Assembly: GCA_942493095.1 (NCBI GenBank)
Contig: OW818675.1
Coordinates: 390,001 to 422,000, forward strand
Direction: 5' to 3'
Length of the DNA stretch: 32,000 bases
Source of the DNA: Candidatus Electronema halotolerans
GTDB lineage: Bacteria; Desulfobacterota; Desulfobulbia; Desulfobulbales; Desulfobulbaceae
The notes below the pieces were generated by a model that was given only the letters and a program-made list of their open reading frames with translations, was not told the DNA's origin and did not search any database. Shown piece by piece: positions 1 to 8,676 of this stretch (its first letter is position 1; the number at the start of each line of letters is the position of its first letter). Position numbers and translations under genes: made by a program.

Positions 1-1
1 A

Positions 2-184
2 CTGCCTCTCAGCAGGGCATACACCAATGCCCCGCCCGGCACCTTGCTGGCCTTGATCGACAGTGTCGGCTGCTTGGAAATTGCCGTCAATCAGGGCAGC
101 GCAGCTGAAGTGCTGGCCTGCGCTGCGGGCGAACCGGTGACTGTGCGGCGGACTGCCTCTGCTTTTTCCTTGGAACGGCTCTGA
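2..184 (+). CDS. 3' end of a gene resembling the SAM hydroxide adenosyltransferase (DUF62, fluorinase/chlorinase-like) family; 5' end lies outside the window
   Basis: An open frame enters from the window edge and ends at TGA 182-184. The translation ...PPGTLLALIDSVGCLEIAVNQGSAAEVLACAAGEPVTV... resembles the conserved C-terminal LEIAVNxGsA block of that family. This is recalled from memory, not searched. Confidence 0.4.
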   Translation: MPLSRAYTNAPPGTLLALIDSVGCLEIAVNQGSAAEVLACAAGEPVTVRRTASAFSLERL

Positions 185-225
185 AGCCTTCCCAAATTTC
201 AAAAAAATCTCAGAGAGAAACGTTT

Positions 226-2016
226 ATGCAACACAACACGCTCAAAAAAAAGGTCTTGGCAGTCATGTTCGTGCCGCTGCTGCTGGTCTCGTGCAACCGC
301 CAGGATGAGAAAAAAGAAGCCCAGACTCCGAACCAGATTGTCAAGCAGGAGGAGGCAGCCAAGCCTGCGTCCATGCTCACGCTGGTGCCGGATGACACAG
401 TCTTTTTTTTCGGCGGACTGGAGCCGGTGCCTCTGAAAGAGCTGCTGCAATGGAATGTCAACCGTTTCAAAATGCCGAAAAGTTTTGATCCCAAAGAGCT
501 GCTGGAACCAGCCCGGAAAAAGGCTGAGACCCCAGGGCAGCGCATGGCCCTTCAGCTCTGGGCGGATTATTACGAAACCGCAGTCTCGCAGCAAGCCGCC
601 TTGGCAAGCTGGGGCATTCCTGACAATCCGCTGCTTGCCTCTTACGCAGTCGGCCTGTCGCCAGTGCTCCGCATCAGTTTGGATGATGTCGGCAAGTTCA
701 ATAAGAAAATTGAGGAAATGGAGGTCAAGGCGCAGGCCAAGGCCGAGCCGGAGACCTTGGGCAAGTTTGCTTGGAGACGCTATCCCCTGACCGAAAGCGG
801 GCTGAAAATGAGCCTGATCATCGGCACGGACAGCAATGATGCGGTGTTCATGCTTGATGTCGGGGCAGACAGCGAAGATGCGCTTGCCTTGGCCATAGGC
901 CGCCGCAAGCCGATGAAATCATTGGCCGAGAGCAAACGGCTTGAGTCGCTGCAAGCCAAGTACAGCCTGAATCCAGCCTTTATCGGCTATATTGATCACC
1001 GCCAGATTGTCACTGGCCTGACCACCAAAGACGGCAACTGGATGGCGAAAATGGTGCAGAAGCTTGCCCCGCAGCTGCCAAAGAAGGCGGCACGGTCGCT
1101 CGCTGCACTGCAAGCAGAAGGCTGCCAGAAGGATTTCACGGCCATTGCCGACAATTGGCCGCAGACGGTTGGCGGCTACACGACTTTTGATCTGAAGGCA
1201 ACACCTTCCCGGATTGATTCCATCACCGTGGTGGAAAGCAAGGACAAGGCCCTGCTGGACGGCCTGCGCTCACTGCGCGGTTTTGTTCCTGATTACAGTA
1301 ATGACCAAGCGGCTTTTTCCTTCGGCCTTGGTCTGAATATGGAAAACATTGCTCCCTTGCTCGTTCAGCAATGGAAGGATTTCACGGCCAAGCAGTACAG
1401 CTGCCCGCTGCTCCAAGAAATGCAGGCGGATGTGAAGCGGAAGAATCCTATGGCGGCCAGCATAGCCACCAGCATGGCCGCTGGAGTGCGGGGCCTTGCC
1501 TTTTCGCTCTTTGATCTGCAGATGGAGCCGCCGACCGCAGAAGGACAGACCCCTATGCCCAAGAGCCTTGACGCGCTCCTCAGTCTGTCCGCCAAAGACC
1601 CGGTCAGTTTGCTGCAAAACTTTGGGTTATTTTTTCCGCCCTTAGCTGCCTTGGACCTGCCTGCGGACGGCAGTCCGGTCCCGCTGCCTGTGCCGGTTTC
1701 CTTGCCTGTGACTCCGTCAGCCGCTGTCAATGGCCAGCACCTGACAGTCTATGCTGGCGAGCAGGGAAAAAAGGCGGCCAAGGCTTTGGCAGACGCAGCT
1801 CTTGACTCCTCGCCAGGCATCATGGCCGCTTCGATTGATTACAGCAAATATTATCAGCTGGCCGGAGATTTGATCGCCTATAAAACAGGAGAGCAGAACG
1901 CTGATGTGGCGGCCCTTTTCGAGGCCATGAAAAAGGCGAAGCTGCGGGTGTCGATGAAGCTGGACTTCACTGAGCGGGGCATTGAAATGACCGCAGACAT
2001 GATTGCTCCAGAGTAA
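226..2016 (+). CDS. hypothetical lipoprotein (596 aa)
   Basis: Long ORF whose N-terminus MQHNTLKKKVLAVMFVPLLLVSC has a signal peptide and an LVSC lipobox. I recognised no family motif. Confidence 0.6.
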   Translation: MQHNTLKKKVLAVMFVPLLLVSCNRQDEKKEAQTPNQIVKQEEAAKPASMLTLVPDDTVFFFGGLEPVPLKELLQWNVNRFKMPKSFDPKELLEPARKKAETPGQRMALQLWADYYETAVSQQAALASWGIPDNPLLASYAVGLSPVLRISLDDVGKFNKKIEEMEVKAQAKAEPETLGKFAWRRYPLTESGLKMSLIIGTDSNDAVFMLDVGADSEDALALAIGRRKPMKSLAESKRLESLQAKYSLNPAFIGYIDHRQIVTGLTTKDGNWMAKMVQKLAPQLPKKAARSLAALQAEGCQKDFTAIADNWPQTVGGYTTFDLKATPSRIDSITVVESKDKALLDGLRSLRGFVPDYSNDQAAFSFGLGLNMENIAPLLVQQWKDFTAKQYSCPLLQEMQADVKRKNPMAASIATSMAAGVRGLAFSLFDLQMEPPTAEGQTPMPKSLDALLSLSAKDPVSLLQNFGLFFPPLAALDLPADGSPVPLPVPVSLPVTPSAAVNGQHLTVYAGEQGKKAAKALADAALDSSPGIMAASIDYSKYYQLAGDLIAYKTGEQNADVAALFEAMKKAKLRVSMKLDFTERGIEMTADMIAPE

Positions 2017-2122
2017 CTGCCCGCCTGTCCCGTTCCGCCTGATTTTTGGTGAACAGAACGGGACATCTCCTGCCAAGGCGGAAACGCCATCAACTTGAAT
2101 CCACCATCAGCATGAGGCCGCT

Positions 2123-3928
2123 ATGAACATCAGACCGCTTGTCCCCGTCCTGCTTCTTGTCGCCCTTTTTGGCTGCTCAGAACCGAAAAAGGATGAGGCT
2201 CCGAAAAAACAGGAACAAACCAGCACTGCCGCTGTGGATGCTGAGGTCAAATCCCAGTCCGCTGCCCAGCCTGCGCCTGAACCCGCTCCAGCTCCGCCGC
2301 AGGAGGAACGGCTGAAAAGCAAGGAACTGGAAGAAGGAGTGCGGCAGGCAGCAGCGGAGCAGGCTGACAATCTCATCGCTGACAACAATCAGAGGGATGC
2401 AGCAGCCGGAAATGTCTCTTTGAGGACGAGCAAAGCAGTGCCTGCGGTTCTTTATGAAAGTAGAATCGACTTATCGGCCCCAATTGTCCAGTCGCCTGCG
2501 CCGCAATGGAACAGGGAATCCTACAATGCGGTCAACGAGAACGGCTTCATCCGCACAGCCAATGATCCGCTGTCAACCTTTTCCATTGATGTCGATACCG
2601 CCTCGTACAGCAACGTGCGCCGCTTCATCAATCAAGGGCAGATGCCGCCGCCAGGCGCAGTGCGAATCGAGGAGATGATCAATTATTTTTCGTATTCCTA
2701 TCCCCAGCCGGACGGCGAGCATCCCTTCTCCGTCACCACCGAGCTTGGCCCCTGCCCGTGGAAGAATGGCCACAAAGTAGTGCGCATCGGTCTCAAAGCC
2801 AAGGACATTGACAAGAAAGACCTGCCGCCCTCCAATCTGGTCTTCCTGATCGATGTTTCCGGCTCCATGTCTGATGCCAACAAGCTGCCCTTGCTCAAGC
2901 AGGCCATGAAAATGCTGGTGCGGCAGCTCAATGCAAAAGACCGGATTGCGATTGTTGTTTATGCGGGCAGCGATCATCTGGCTTTGGAACCGACTCCCGG
3001 CTCTGATCAGGGAACCATTTTCAATGCTATTGATTCGCTCGGCGCGGGCGGCTCGACCCATGCCTCCAGCGGCATCGTCACTGCCTATCAGCTGGCAGCG
3101 CAGACCTTCATGCCTGGCGGCAACAACCGGGTCATTCTCGCCTCAGACGGTGATTTCAATGTTGGCGTGACCAGTCGCGACGCGCTGCAAAAGCTGATCG
3201 AGGAAAAGCGGCAGAGCGGCATTTACCTGACCGTGCTCGGCTTTGGCATGGGCAATTATCATGACGACACGATGGAGATTCTTGCTGACAAGGGCAACGG
3301 CAATTATGCCTACATCGACAACCTGCTGGAAGCGAAAAAGGTGATGGTCAAGGAGATGAGCGGCACCCTGTTCGCCTTGGCCAAGGATGTGAAAATTCAG
3401 GTTGAGTTCAACCCGGTCAAAGTCGGGGCCTACCGGCTGATCGGCTACGAAAACCGCGCTTTGGCGGATGAGGACTTCAACGACGACAAGAAGGATGCGG
3501 GCGAGATTGGGGTCGGCCACACGGTGACAGCCCTGTATGAGCTGATTCCGGTGGGCGGGCAGGATGTGCCTTCCGTGGATCCGCTCAAATATCAGCAAAC
3601 GGATACAAAACCTGCTCAGGCGGCCCTTGCCAACGAGCTGATGACGGTCAAGCTGCGCTACAAGCCTTTGCAGTCGGATAAGTCGGTGCTCTTGGACACG
3701 GTGGTGCAGGACAATGACAGCAGTTTGGACAAGACCAGCAACGATTTCCGTTTTGCCGCTGCTGTGGCTGGCTATGGAATGCTGCTCACCGGCTCGGAGC
3801 AGGCAGGCGGCCTCAACTGGCAGCAGGTGCTTGATTTGGCCAAAAACGCCAGAGGGCAGGATGAGGACGGCTGGCGGGCTGAATTCATCCGCTTGGTGGA
3901 AACCACAGAGCTGCTGGCCAAGGAGTGA
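2123..3928 (+). CDS. von Willebrand factor type A (vWA) domain lipoprotein, YfbK-like
   Basis: Signal peptide with lipobox LFGC. The MIDAS motif DVSGSM lies in LVFLIDVSGSMSDANKLPLLK, followed by SDGDFNVG. The N-terminal LSTFSIDVDTASYSNVRRFI block and overall length are typical of YfbK-type vWA proteins. A GAGG lies 7-10 nt before the ATG. Confidence 0.85.
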   Translation: MNIRPLVPVLLLVALFGCSEPKKDEAPKKQEQTSTAAVDAEVKSQSAAQPAPEPAPAPPQEERLKSKELEEGVRQAAAEQADNLIADNNQRDAAAGNVSLRTSKAVPAVLYESRIDLSAPIVQSPAPQWNRESYNAVNENGFIRTANDPLSTFSIDVDTASYSNVRRFINQGQMPPPGAVRIEEMINYFSYSYPQPDGEHPFSVTTELGPCPWKNGHKVVRIGLKAKDIDKKDLPPSNLVFLIDVSGSMSDANKLPLLKQAMKMLVRQLNAKDRIAIVVYAGSDHLALEPTPGSDQGTIFNAIDSLGAGGSTHASSGIVTAYQLAAQTFMPGGNNRVILASDGDFNVGVTSRDALQKLIEEKRQSGIYLTVLGFGMGNYHDDTMEILADKGNGNYAYIDNLLEAKKVMVKEMSGTLFALAKDVKIQVEFNPVKVGAYRLIGYENRALADEDFNDDKKDAGEIGVGHTVTALYELIPVGGQDVPSVDPLKYQQTDTKPAQAALANELMTVKLRYKPLQSDKSVLLDTVVQDNDSSLDKTSNDFRFAAAVAGYGMLLTGSEQAGGLNWQQVLDLAKNARGQDEDGWRAEFIRLVETTELLAKE

Positions 3929-4050
3929 CGGGCAGGTCTGTGGCCGGAGCGGAGGAAAGGCTACCTCAAGCAGCCCGCAGGAGGCATTGATCCGCCGCGC
4001 TGTGCAGCCGCAGCTTGCCGTTTTCAACCAGCTTGGACAGGCGACAAGCA

Positions 4051-4084
4051 AAAAAGCCCCTGCCGCAATTGGCAGAGGCTTTTC
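4051..4084. terminator. bidirectional rho-independent terminator-like hairpin between the convergent vWA and RCC1 genes
   Basis: The sequence aaaaaGCCCCTGCCgcaattGGCAGAGGCtttt forms a 9-bp stem with one mismatch. An A-run precedes it and a T-run follows it, so either strand reads hairpin plus U-tract. Confidence 0.5.
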
Positions 4085-4145
4085 CTTCATCAACAAGCAG
4101 CAAAACAATCTCCCCGCTGCTCGTTATGCGACGATGAATGTTGTC

Positions 4146-6968
4146 TCAGAGCAGCAGCTTATAGACCGCCTGAAGAGATGCGCCGCCGCCACTGTAGCCA
4201 GTGCCGTTTGGCGCATTTTTCACGGTGGGATCGTATTCAGCCCCGGCAGGATCCTTTTCAGTCAGACTGTTCAGGTATTCCTGCAAGTCGCTGTAACCGT
4301 CCTTGTCATAGTCGCTGGTCGCGGTCGCAGTTGCCAGATTGCCGAAATACTTCTCTTCCCAAGCGTCGTCAATGCCGTCGCTGTCGCTGTCAATAATTTC
4401 CTTGAAGAGAGCTGCCACTGTGCAGTTTTCCGTCACTGGGCCGGTGGTGTAGCTGTTGCCATTTAACGTGCCATTGCAGCCGGTCACAGTATCAATGGAA
4501 TAGCCTTCATCCGGGGTGACAGTGAACGAGGTCGTTGTTCCATCTTCTACTGTCTGCGGAGTGGATGGGCTGATGCTGCCGTGCGCACCTGCTGATGGCG
4601 TGACCGTCCACATTGGAATTTCCTTGAAGGCAGCTTCCACCGTGCAATTTTCCGTCACTGGGCCGGTGGTGTAGCTGTTGCCATTTAACGTGCCATTGCA
4701 GCCGGTCACAGTATCAATGGAATAGCCTTCATCCGGGGTGACAGTGAACGAGGTCGTTGTTCCATCTTCTACTGTCTGCGGAGTGGATGGGCTGATGCTG
4801 CCGTGCACACCTGCTGACGGCGTGACTGTCCAAACAGTGGCAGGCAAACTGATTTCTACAGGTCTTTCTTTCCAAGCTGTCCCGTCGCCCAACTGGCCGT
4901 CCTCGTTGCCTCCCCACGCCCAGAGCGTGCCGTCCTGCTTCAGCGCAACCGTATGATAACTTCCAGCAGCCACCGCCTGCCACGTGTCTGTGCCGATCTG
5001 CACCGGACTGTTTTTACTTCCTGTTGTCCCGTCGCCCAACTGGCCGTCCCCGTTGCCTCCCCACGCCCAGAGCGTGCCGTCCTGCTTCAGCGCAACCGTA
5101 TGAGAACTTCCAGCAGCCACCGCCTGCCACGTGTCTGTGCCGATCTGCACCGGACTGTTTTTACTTCCTGTTGTCCCGTCGCCCAACTGGCCGTCCCCGT
5201 TGTCTCCCCACGCCCAGAGCGTGCCGTCCTGCTTCAGCGCAACCGTATGATAACTTCCAGCAGCCACAGCCTGCCACGTGTCTGTGCCGATCTGCACCGG
5301 ACTGTTTTTACTTCCTGTTGTCCCGTCGCCCAACTGGCCGTCCCCGTTGCTTCCCCACGCCCAGAGCGTGCCGTCCTGCTTCAGCGCAACCGTATGATAA
5401 CTTCCAGCAGCCACAGCCTGCCACGTGTCTGTGCCGATCTGCACCGGACTGTTTTTACTTCCTGTTGTCCCGTCGCCCAACTGGCCGTCCCCGTTGCTTC
5501 CCCACGCCCAGAGCGTGCCGTCCTGCTTCAGCGCAACCGTATGATAACTTCCAGCAGCCACAGCCTGCCACGTGTCTGTGCCGATCTGCACCGGACTGGC
5601 TTGATCTGCTGTTGTCCCGTCGCCCAACCGGCCGTCCCAGTTGCCTCCCCACGCCCAGAGCGTGCCGTCCTGCTTCAGCGCAACCGTATGATAACTTCCA
5701 GCAGCCACAGCCTGCCACGTGTCTGTGCCGATCTGCACCGGACTGTTTTTCCCTACTGTTGTCCCGTCGCCCAACTGGCCGTTCCCGTTTCTTCCCCACG
5801 CCCAGAGCGTGCTGTCATCCTTCAGCGCAACCGTATGATAACTTCCAGCAGCCACCGCCTGCCACGTGTCTGTGCCGATCTGCACCGGACTGTTTTTACT
5901 TCCTGTTGTCCCGTCGCCCAACTGGCCGTCCCCGTTGTCTCCCCACGCCCAGAGCGTGCCGTCCTGCTTCAGCGCAACCGTATGAACACTTCCAGCAGCC
6001 ACCGCCTGCCACGTGTCTGTGCCGATCTGCACCGGACTGTTTTTACTTCCTGTTGTCCCGTCGCCCAACTGGCCGAACCAGTTGTATCCCCACGCCCAGA
6101 GCGTGCCGTCCTGCTTCAGCGCAACCGTATGAACACTTCCAGCAGCCACAGCCTGCCACGTGTCTGTGCCGATCTGCACCGGACTGTTTTTACTTGCTCC
6201 TGTCCCGTCGCCCAACTGGCCGAACCAGTTGTTTCCCCACGCCCAGAGCGTGCCGTCCTGCTTCAGCGCAACCGTATGAGCACTTCCAGCAGCCACAGCC
6301 TGCCACGTGTCTGTGCCGATCTGCACCGGACTGGCTTGATCTGCTGTTGTCCCGTCGCCCAACTGGCCGTACCAGTTGTTTCCCCACGCCCAGAGCGTGC
6401 CGTCCTGCTTCAGCGCAACCGTATGAGCACTTCCAGCAGCCACAGCCTGCCACGTGTCTGTGCCGATCTGCACCGGACTGTTTTTACTTCCTGTTGTCCC
6501 GTCGCCCAACTGGCCGTCCCCGTTGTCTCCCCACGCCCAGAGCGTGCCGTCATCCTTCAGCGCAACCGTATAAGAACTTCCAGCAGCCACCGCCTGCCAC
6601 GTGTCTGTGCCGATCTGCACCGGACTGGCTTGATCTGCTTCTGTCCCGTCGCCCAACTGGCCGTCCTCGTTGTCTCCCCACGCCCAGAGCGTGCCGTCCT
6701 GCTTCAGCGCAACCGTATGAAAATCTCCGGCAGCCACCGCCTGCCACGTGTCTGTGCCGATCTGCACCGGACTGTTTTTACTTGCTGTTGTCCCGTCGCC
6801 CAACTGGCCGTGCCCGTTGTCTCCCCACGCCCAGAGCGTGCCGTCATCCTTCAGAACAACCGTATGAGAAGCTCCGGCAGCTACTTCAACAACAGCGGCC
6901 TGCGTTTCCGGTGCCAAGCCAAGCAGCACAAGCAGCCCAGCAAGAAAATACCATCTCCATAGCTTCAT
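4146..6968 (-). CDS. secreted RCC1-repeat (beta-propeller) protein with 14 blades, two InlB-B-repeat-like domains and an acidic Ca-binding-like tail
   Basis: The WAWG-x5-GQLGDGT signature occurs 14 times at 49-aa spacing. The start was moved to the internal ATG at 6968 ([24 protein letters not shown], a signal peptide), which is preceded by GGAGGA. The track ORF begins 13 codons further upstream at 7007. The C-terminal [19 protein letters not shown]...[13 protein letters not shown] resembles thrombospondin type 3 repeats. Confidence 0.9.
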   Translation of the reverse strand: MKLWRWYFLAGLLVLLGLAPETQAAVVEVAAGASHTVVLKDDGTLWAWGDNGHGQLGDGTTASKNSPVQIGTDTWQAVAAGDFHTVALKQDGTLWAWGDNEDGQLGDGTEADQASPVQIGTDTWQAVAAGSSYTVALKDDGTLWAWGDNGDGQLGDGTTGSKNSPVQIGTDTWQAVAAGSAHTVALKQDGTLWAWGNNWYGQLGDGTTADQASPVQIGTDTWQAVAAGSAHTVALKQDGTLWAWGNNWFGQLGDGTGASKNSPVQIGTDTWQAVAAGSVHTVALKQDGTLWAWGYNWFGQLGDGTTGSKNSPVQIGTDTWQAVAAGSVHTVALKQDGTLWAWGDNGDGQLGDGTTGSKNSPVQIGTDTWQAVAAGSYHTVALKDDSTLWAWGRNGNGQLGDGTTVGKNSPVQIGTDTWQAVAAGSYHTVALKQDGTLWAWGGNWDGRLGDGTTADQASPVQIGTDTWQAVAAGSYHTVALKQDGTLWAWGSNGDGQLGDGTTGSKNSPVQIGTDTWQAVAAGSYHTVALKQDGTLWAWGSNGDGQLGDGTTGSKNSPVQIGTDTWQAVAAGSYHTVALKQDGTLWAWGDNGDGQLGDGTTGSKNSPVQIGTDTWQAVAAGSSHTVALKQDGTLWAWGGNGDGQLGDGTTGSKNSPVQIGTDTWQAVAAGSYHTVALKQDGTLWAWGGNEDGQLGDGTAWKERPVEISLPATVWTVTPSAGVHGSISPSTPQTVEDGTTTSFTVTPDEGYSIDTVTGCNGTLNGNSYTTGPVTENCTVEAAFKEIPMWTVTPSAGAHGSISPSTPQTVEDGTTTSFTVTPDEGYSIDTVTGCNGTLNGNSYTTGPVTENCTVAALFKEIIDSDSDGIDDAWEEKYFGNLATATATSDYDKDGYSDLQEYLNSLTEKDPAGAEYDPTVKNAPNGTGYSGGGASLQAVYKLLL
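4389..4832. repeat. two tandem 222-bp (74-aa) near-identical coding repeats ([64 protein letters not shown])
   Basis: Positions 4429-4580 and 4651-4802 read almost identically at the DNA level, with a 222-bp period. Confidence 0.85.
4878..6896. repeat. tandem 147-bp coding repeats (about 13.7 units) that encode the RCC1 blades
   Basis: The string ccgtatgaNaacttccagcagcc recurs every 147 bp (for example near 4951 and 5098). The units are nearly identical in DNA sequence. Confidence 0.9.
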
Positions 6969-7107
6969 AACCTGTCCTCCAGTATAAATTGTTGTCAGGC
7001 CCTTCAAGATTTGTGAGACCTGTTAAATGATCAGTTTCGTTCAATGTTTGTGTCAGGACACTGCATGCCTTCTCTTGCGCCAGCAATCAAACCATTTTTC
7101 TGCGGCT

Positions 7108-7151
7108 GCGACAAGCGAAAAAGCCCCTGCCGCAAGAGGCAGAGGCTTTTC
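7108..7151. repeat. second copy of the 44-bp terminator-like hairpin element (direct repeat of 4041-4084)
   Basis: gcgacaagcGaaaaagcccctgccgcaaGAggcagaggcttttc matches 4041-4084 at 41 of 44 positions in the same orientation. Confidence 0.8.
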
Positions 7152-7289
7152 ATGCGCTGCCTGCAAGCCCTAAGCAATGTCACCCCTCGATCAACTCTGC
7201 AACTGCCTGCCCGCCCGCTTGTTCTTGCGGCTCATGAGCGAAACAGGTACAGTGCAGGGCAAGATGAACCCACTTCTGCGAGGTGAAAT

Positions 7290-7811
7290 ATGACTTCAGT
7301 CAGGGAACTGCTTGTCCGGCACAAGGCCGCTGCGGTTGGCATTGGGCTGGCTGTGCTGCTGATCAGTTGGCTTGCTTGGTATTTTTCCGACCGGCAGGTC
7401 ATCAAGCGGCAGTTGGTGGCAATGGCTTGGGATATCAGCCGTGAGCCGCAGGAAAGCACAATGGAGACCGCGATTAAGATGCGCGATGTCAAGGCCGTGC
7501 TGGCTCCTCAATGCCGGGTCACTGTGCCGGAGACGCATTTGGATGAGAACTTTGAGCGGGACATGGGCATCATGTATCTGATGAACTACCGCAGCCGCTA
7601 TGAGATGCTGGCTCCTTCCTTTGAGGAAATGGCAATCGACTTTCCAGCCGACAACGAGGCGGCAGTGCGGGCGACCGTGCTCCTCAAACGGCAGAAACAG
7701 CAGGGCCAGCCGACAGAGACATCTGCTCCGGTCAAGCTGACCCTACAAAAAACAGACGGCGACTGGCTGCTGAATCACGCGGAACTCGCCGCCGCCCTGT
7801 TGGACGACTAA
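7290..7811 (+). CDS. hypothetical membrane-anchored protein (173 aa)
   Basis: ORF with an N-terminal hydrophobic helix (AAAVGIGLAVLLISWLAWYF). Its stop overlaps the stop of the convergent cvpA-like gene. No family was recognised. Confidence 0.5.
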   Translation: MTSVRELLVRHKAAAVGIGLAVLLISWLAWYFSDRQVIKRQLVAMAWDISREPQESTMETAIKMRDVKAVLAPQCRVTVPETHLDENFERDMGIMYLMNYRSRYEMLAPSFEEMAIDFPADNEAAVRATVLLKRQKQQGQPTETSAPVKLTLQKTDGDWLLNHAELAAALLDD

Positions 7812-8617
7812 CGCGGCTCCGGGGCTGGCGGTTCATCCTGCTGCGGGATGATCACCGGCTCTCCGGGCACTGGAACCGGCCCATCCATGATGCGGCCTTG
7901 CGGCGGCTGCTCCGGCGGGAGAGCTGGTGCCATGCCTTCCTCCTGATATTGCTCCGGCATGACCTGACCCTGCTCCGGCCTAGGAATCGGTGCCATCTGC
8001 TGGGGGATGACTCGCTGGCCCCCTTGTTCCGGCTGCGCAGGCGGCAGATTCAGGACAGGGCCATGCTGCTCATGCTCCTGTTTGGACCGTTCCGGCGGTT
8101 TTGGCTGGAGATCCTTCCTCATGCTGTCATCACGAACGAACTGGCGGACCATATCCGCGCCTTGGTTCAAATACGGCACGGTCAGCGATTTGGCAAAGAG
8201 CGGATGCGTGGCAGGCAGCAGGGCCGTCACCGGCAGTTGGAGCAGCACGGCAACCAATACGCCTCTGGCAATGCCCAGCAGGCCGCCGCAAATGCGGTCA
8301 GCCCAGCCGAGCAGGCTGACTTCCAGCATTTTGTTGAGGAGCTGGCCGAGCAGGGTGAGCAGCAAGGCGGAAAAGAGGAAGAGAATGCCAAAGCTGGCAA
8401 AAAAGACCAATCCGGGCTGGGTGATGAAGTTCTTCACATAGGGCGTGACCTGACCGGCATATTCTCCGGCAGCCCACCAGCTACCCACCAAGGCGGCTGT
8501 GGCGGCAAGCTGACGGACAAAGCCGACGCAGAGGCCGCGCAGCAGGAAAAGGAGGAGGATCGCCGCAATGATCCAATCAAAGGTGCTGATGTCATTCAAA
8601 GCCATGCCGTTCACCAT
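7808..8617 (-). CDS. cvpA: CvpA (colicin V production) family membrane protein with a long Pro/Gln/Glu-rich C-terminal tail
   Basis: The N-terminal 160 aa form four hydrophobic helices, starting FDWIIAAILLLFLLRGLCVGFVRQ, which is typical of CvpA. The start could instead be the ATG at 8605. Confidence 0.65.
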   Translation of the reverse strand: MVNGMALNDISTFDWIIAAILLLFLLRGLCVGFVRQLAATAALVGSWWAAGEYAGQVTPYVKNFITQPGLVFFASFGILFLFSALLLTLLGQLLNKMLEVSLLGWADRICGGLLGIARGVLVAVLLQLPVTALLPATHPLFAKSLTVPYLNQGADMVRQFVRDDSMRKDLQPKPPERSKQEHEQHGPVLNLPPAQPEQGGQRVIPQQMAPIPRPEQGQVMPEQYQEEGMAPALPPEQPPQGRIMDGPVPVPGEPVIIPQQDEPPAPEPR

Positions 8618-8676
8618 CAGGAAAAAGGTCTGAGAAAAAATTATTTTTTTGCTGAAGACGGATTATACCCTGCGCC

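Noticed and set aside
240-411. Homopolymer runs (A8 near 244-251 and T8 at 403-410) in the lipoprotein gene as phase-variation switches
   Set aside because: The frame is intact and the runs are short. They encode ordinary KKK and FFF stretches. Nothing in this single sequence shows length variation.
3143-4108. 321-aa minus-strand ORF overlapping the vWA gene; similar long antisense ORFs at 7898-8680, 13693-14517, 15061-15759, 20780-21472 and 28363-28857
   Set aside because: These are typical spurious open frames on the opposite strand of GC-rich genes. Their products show no motifs, and the sense frames have strong family signatures.
4878-6896. Regular repeat periodicity that could be mistaken for a CRISPR array
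   Set aside because: The period is 147 bp with no unique spacers. The whole unit is repeated and lies in frame within a coding sequence. No cas genes are present.
4953-6970. Two very long plus-strand ORFs (669 and 648 aa) antisense to the RCC1 gene
   Set aside because: Both are by-products of the 147-bp tandem repeat, because a unit with no stop codon in those frames is simply copied 14 times. Their products are low-complexity Arg/Pro/Cys-rich strings. They have no RBS or signal, whereas the minus-strand frame carries a clear family signature.
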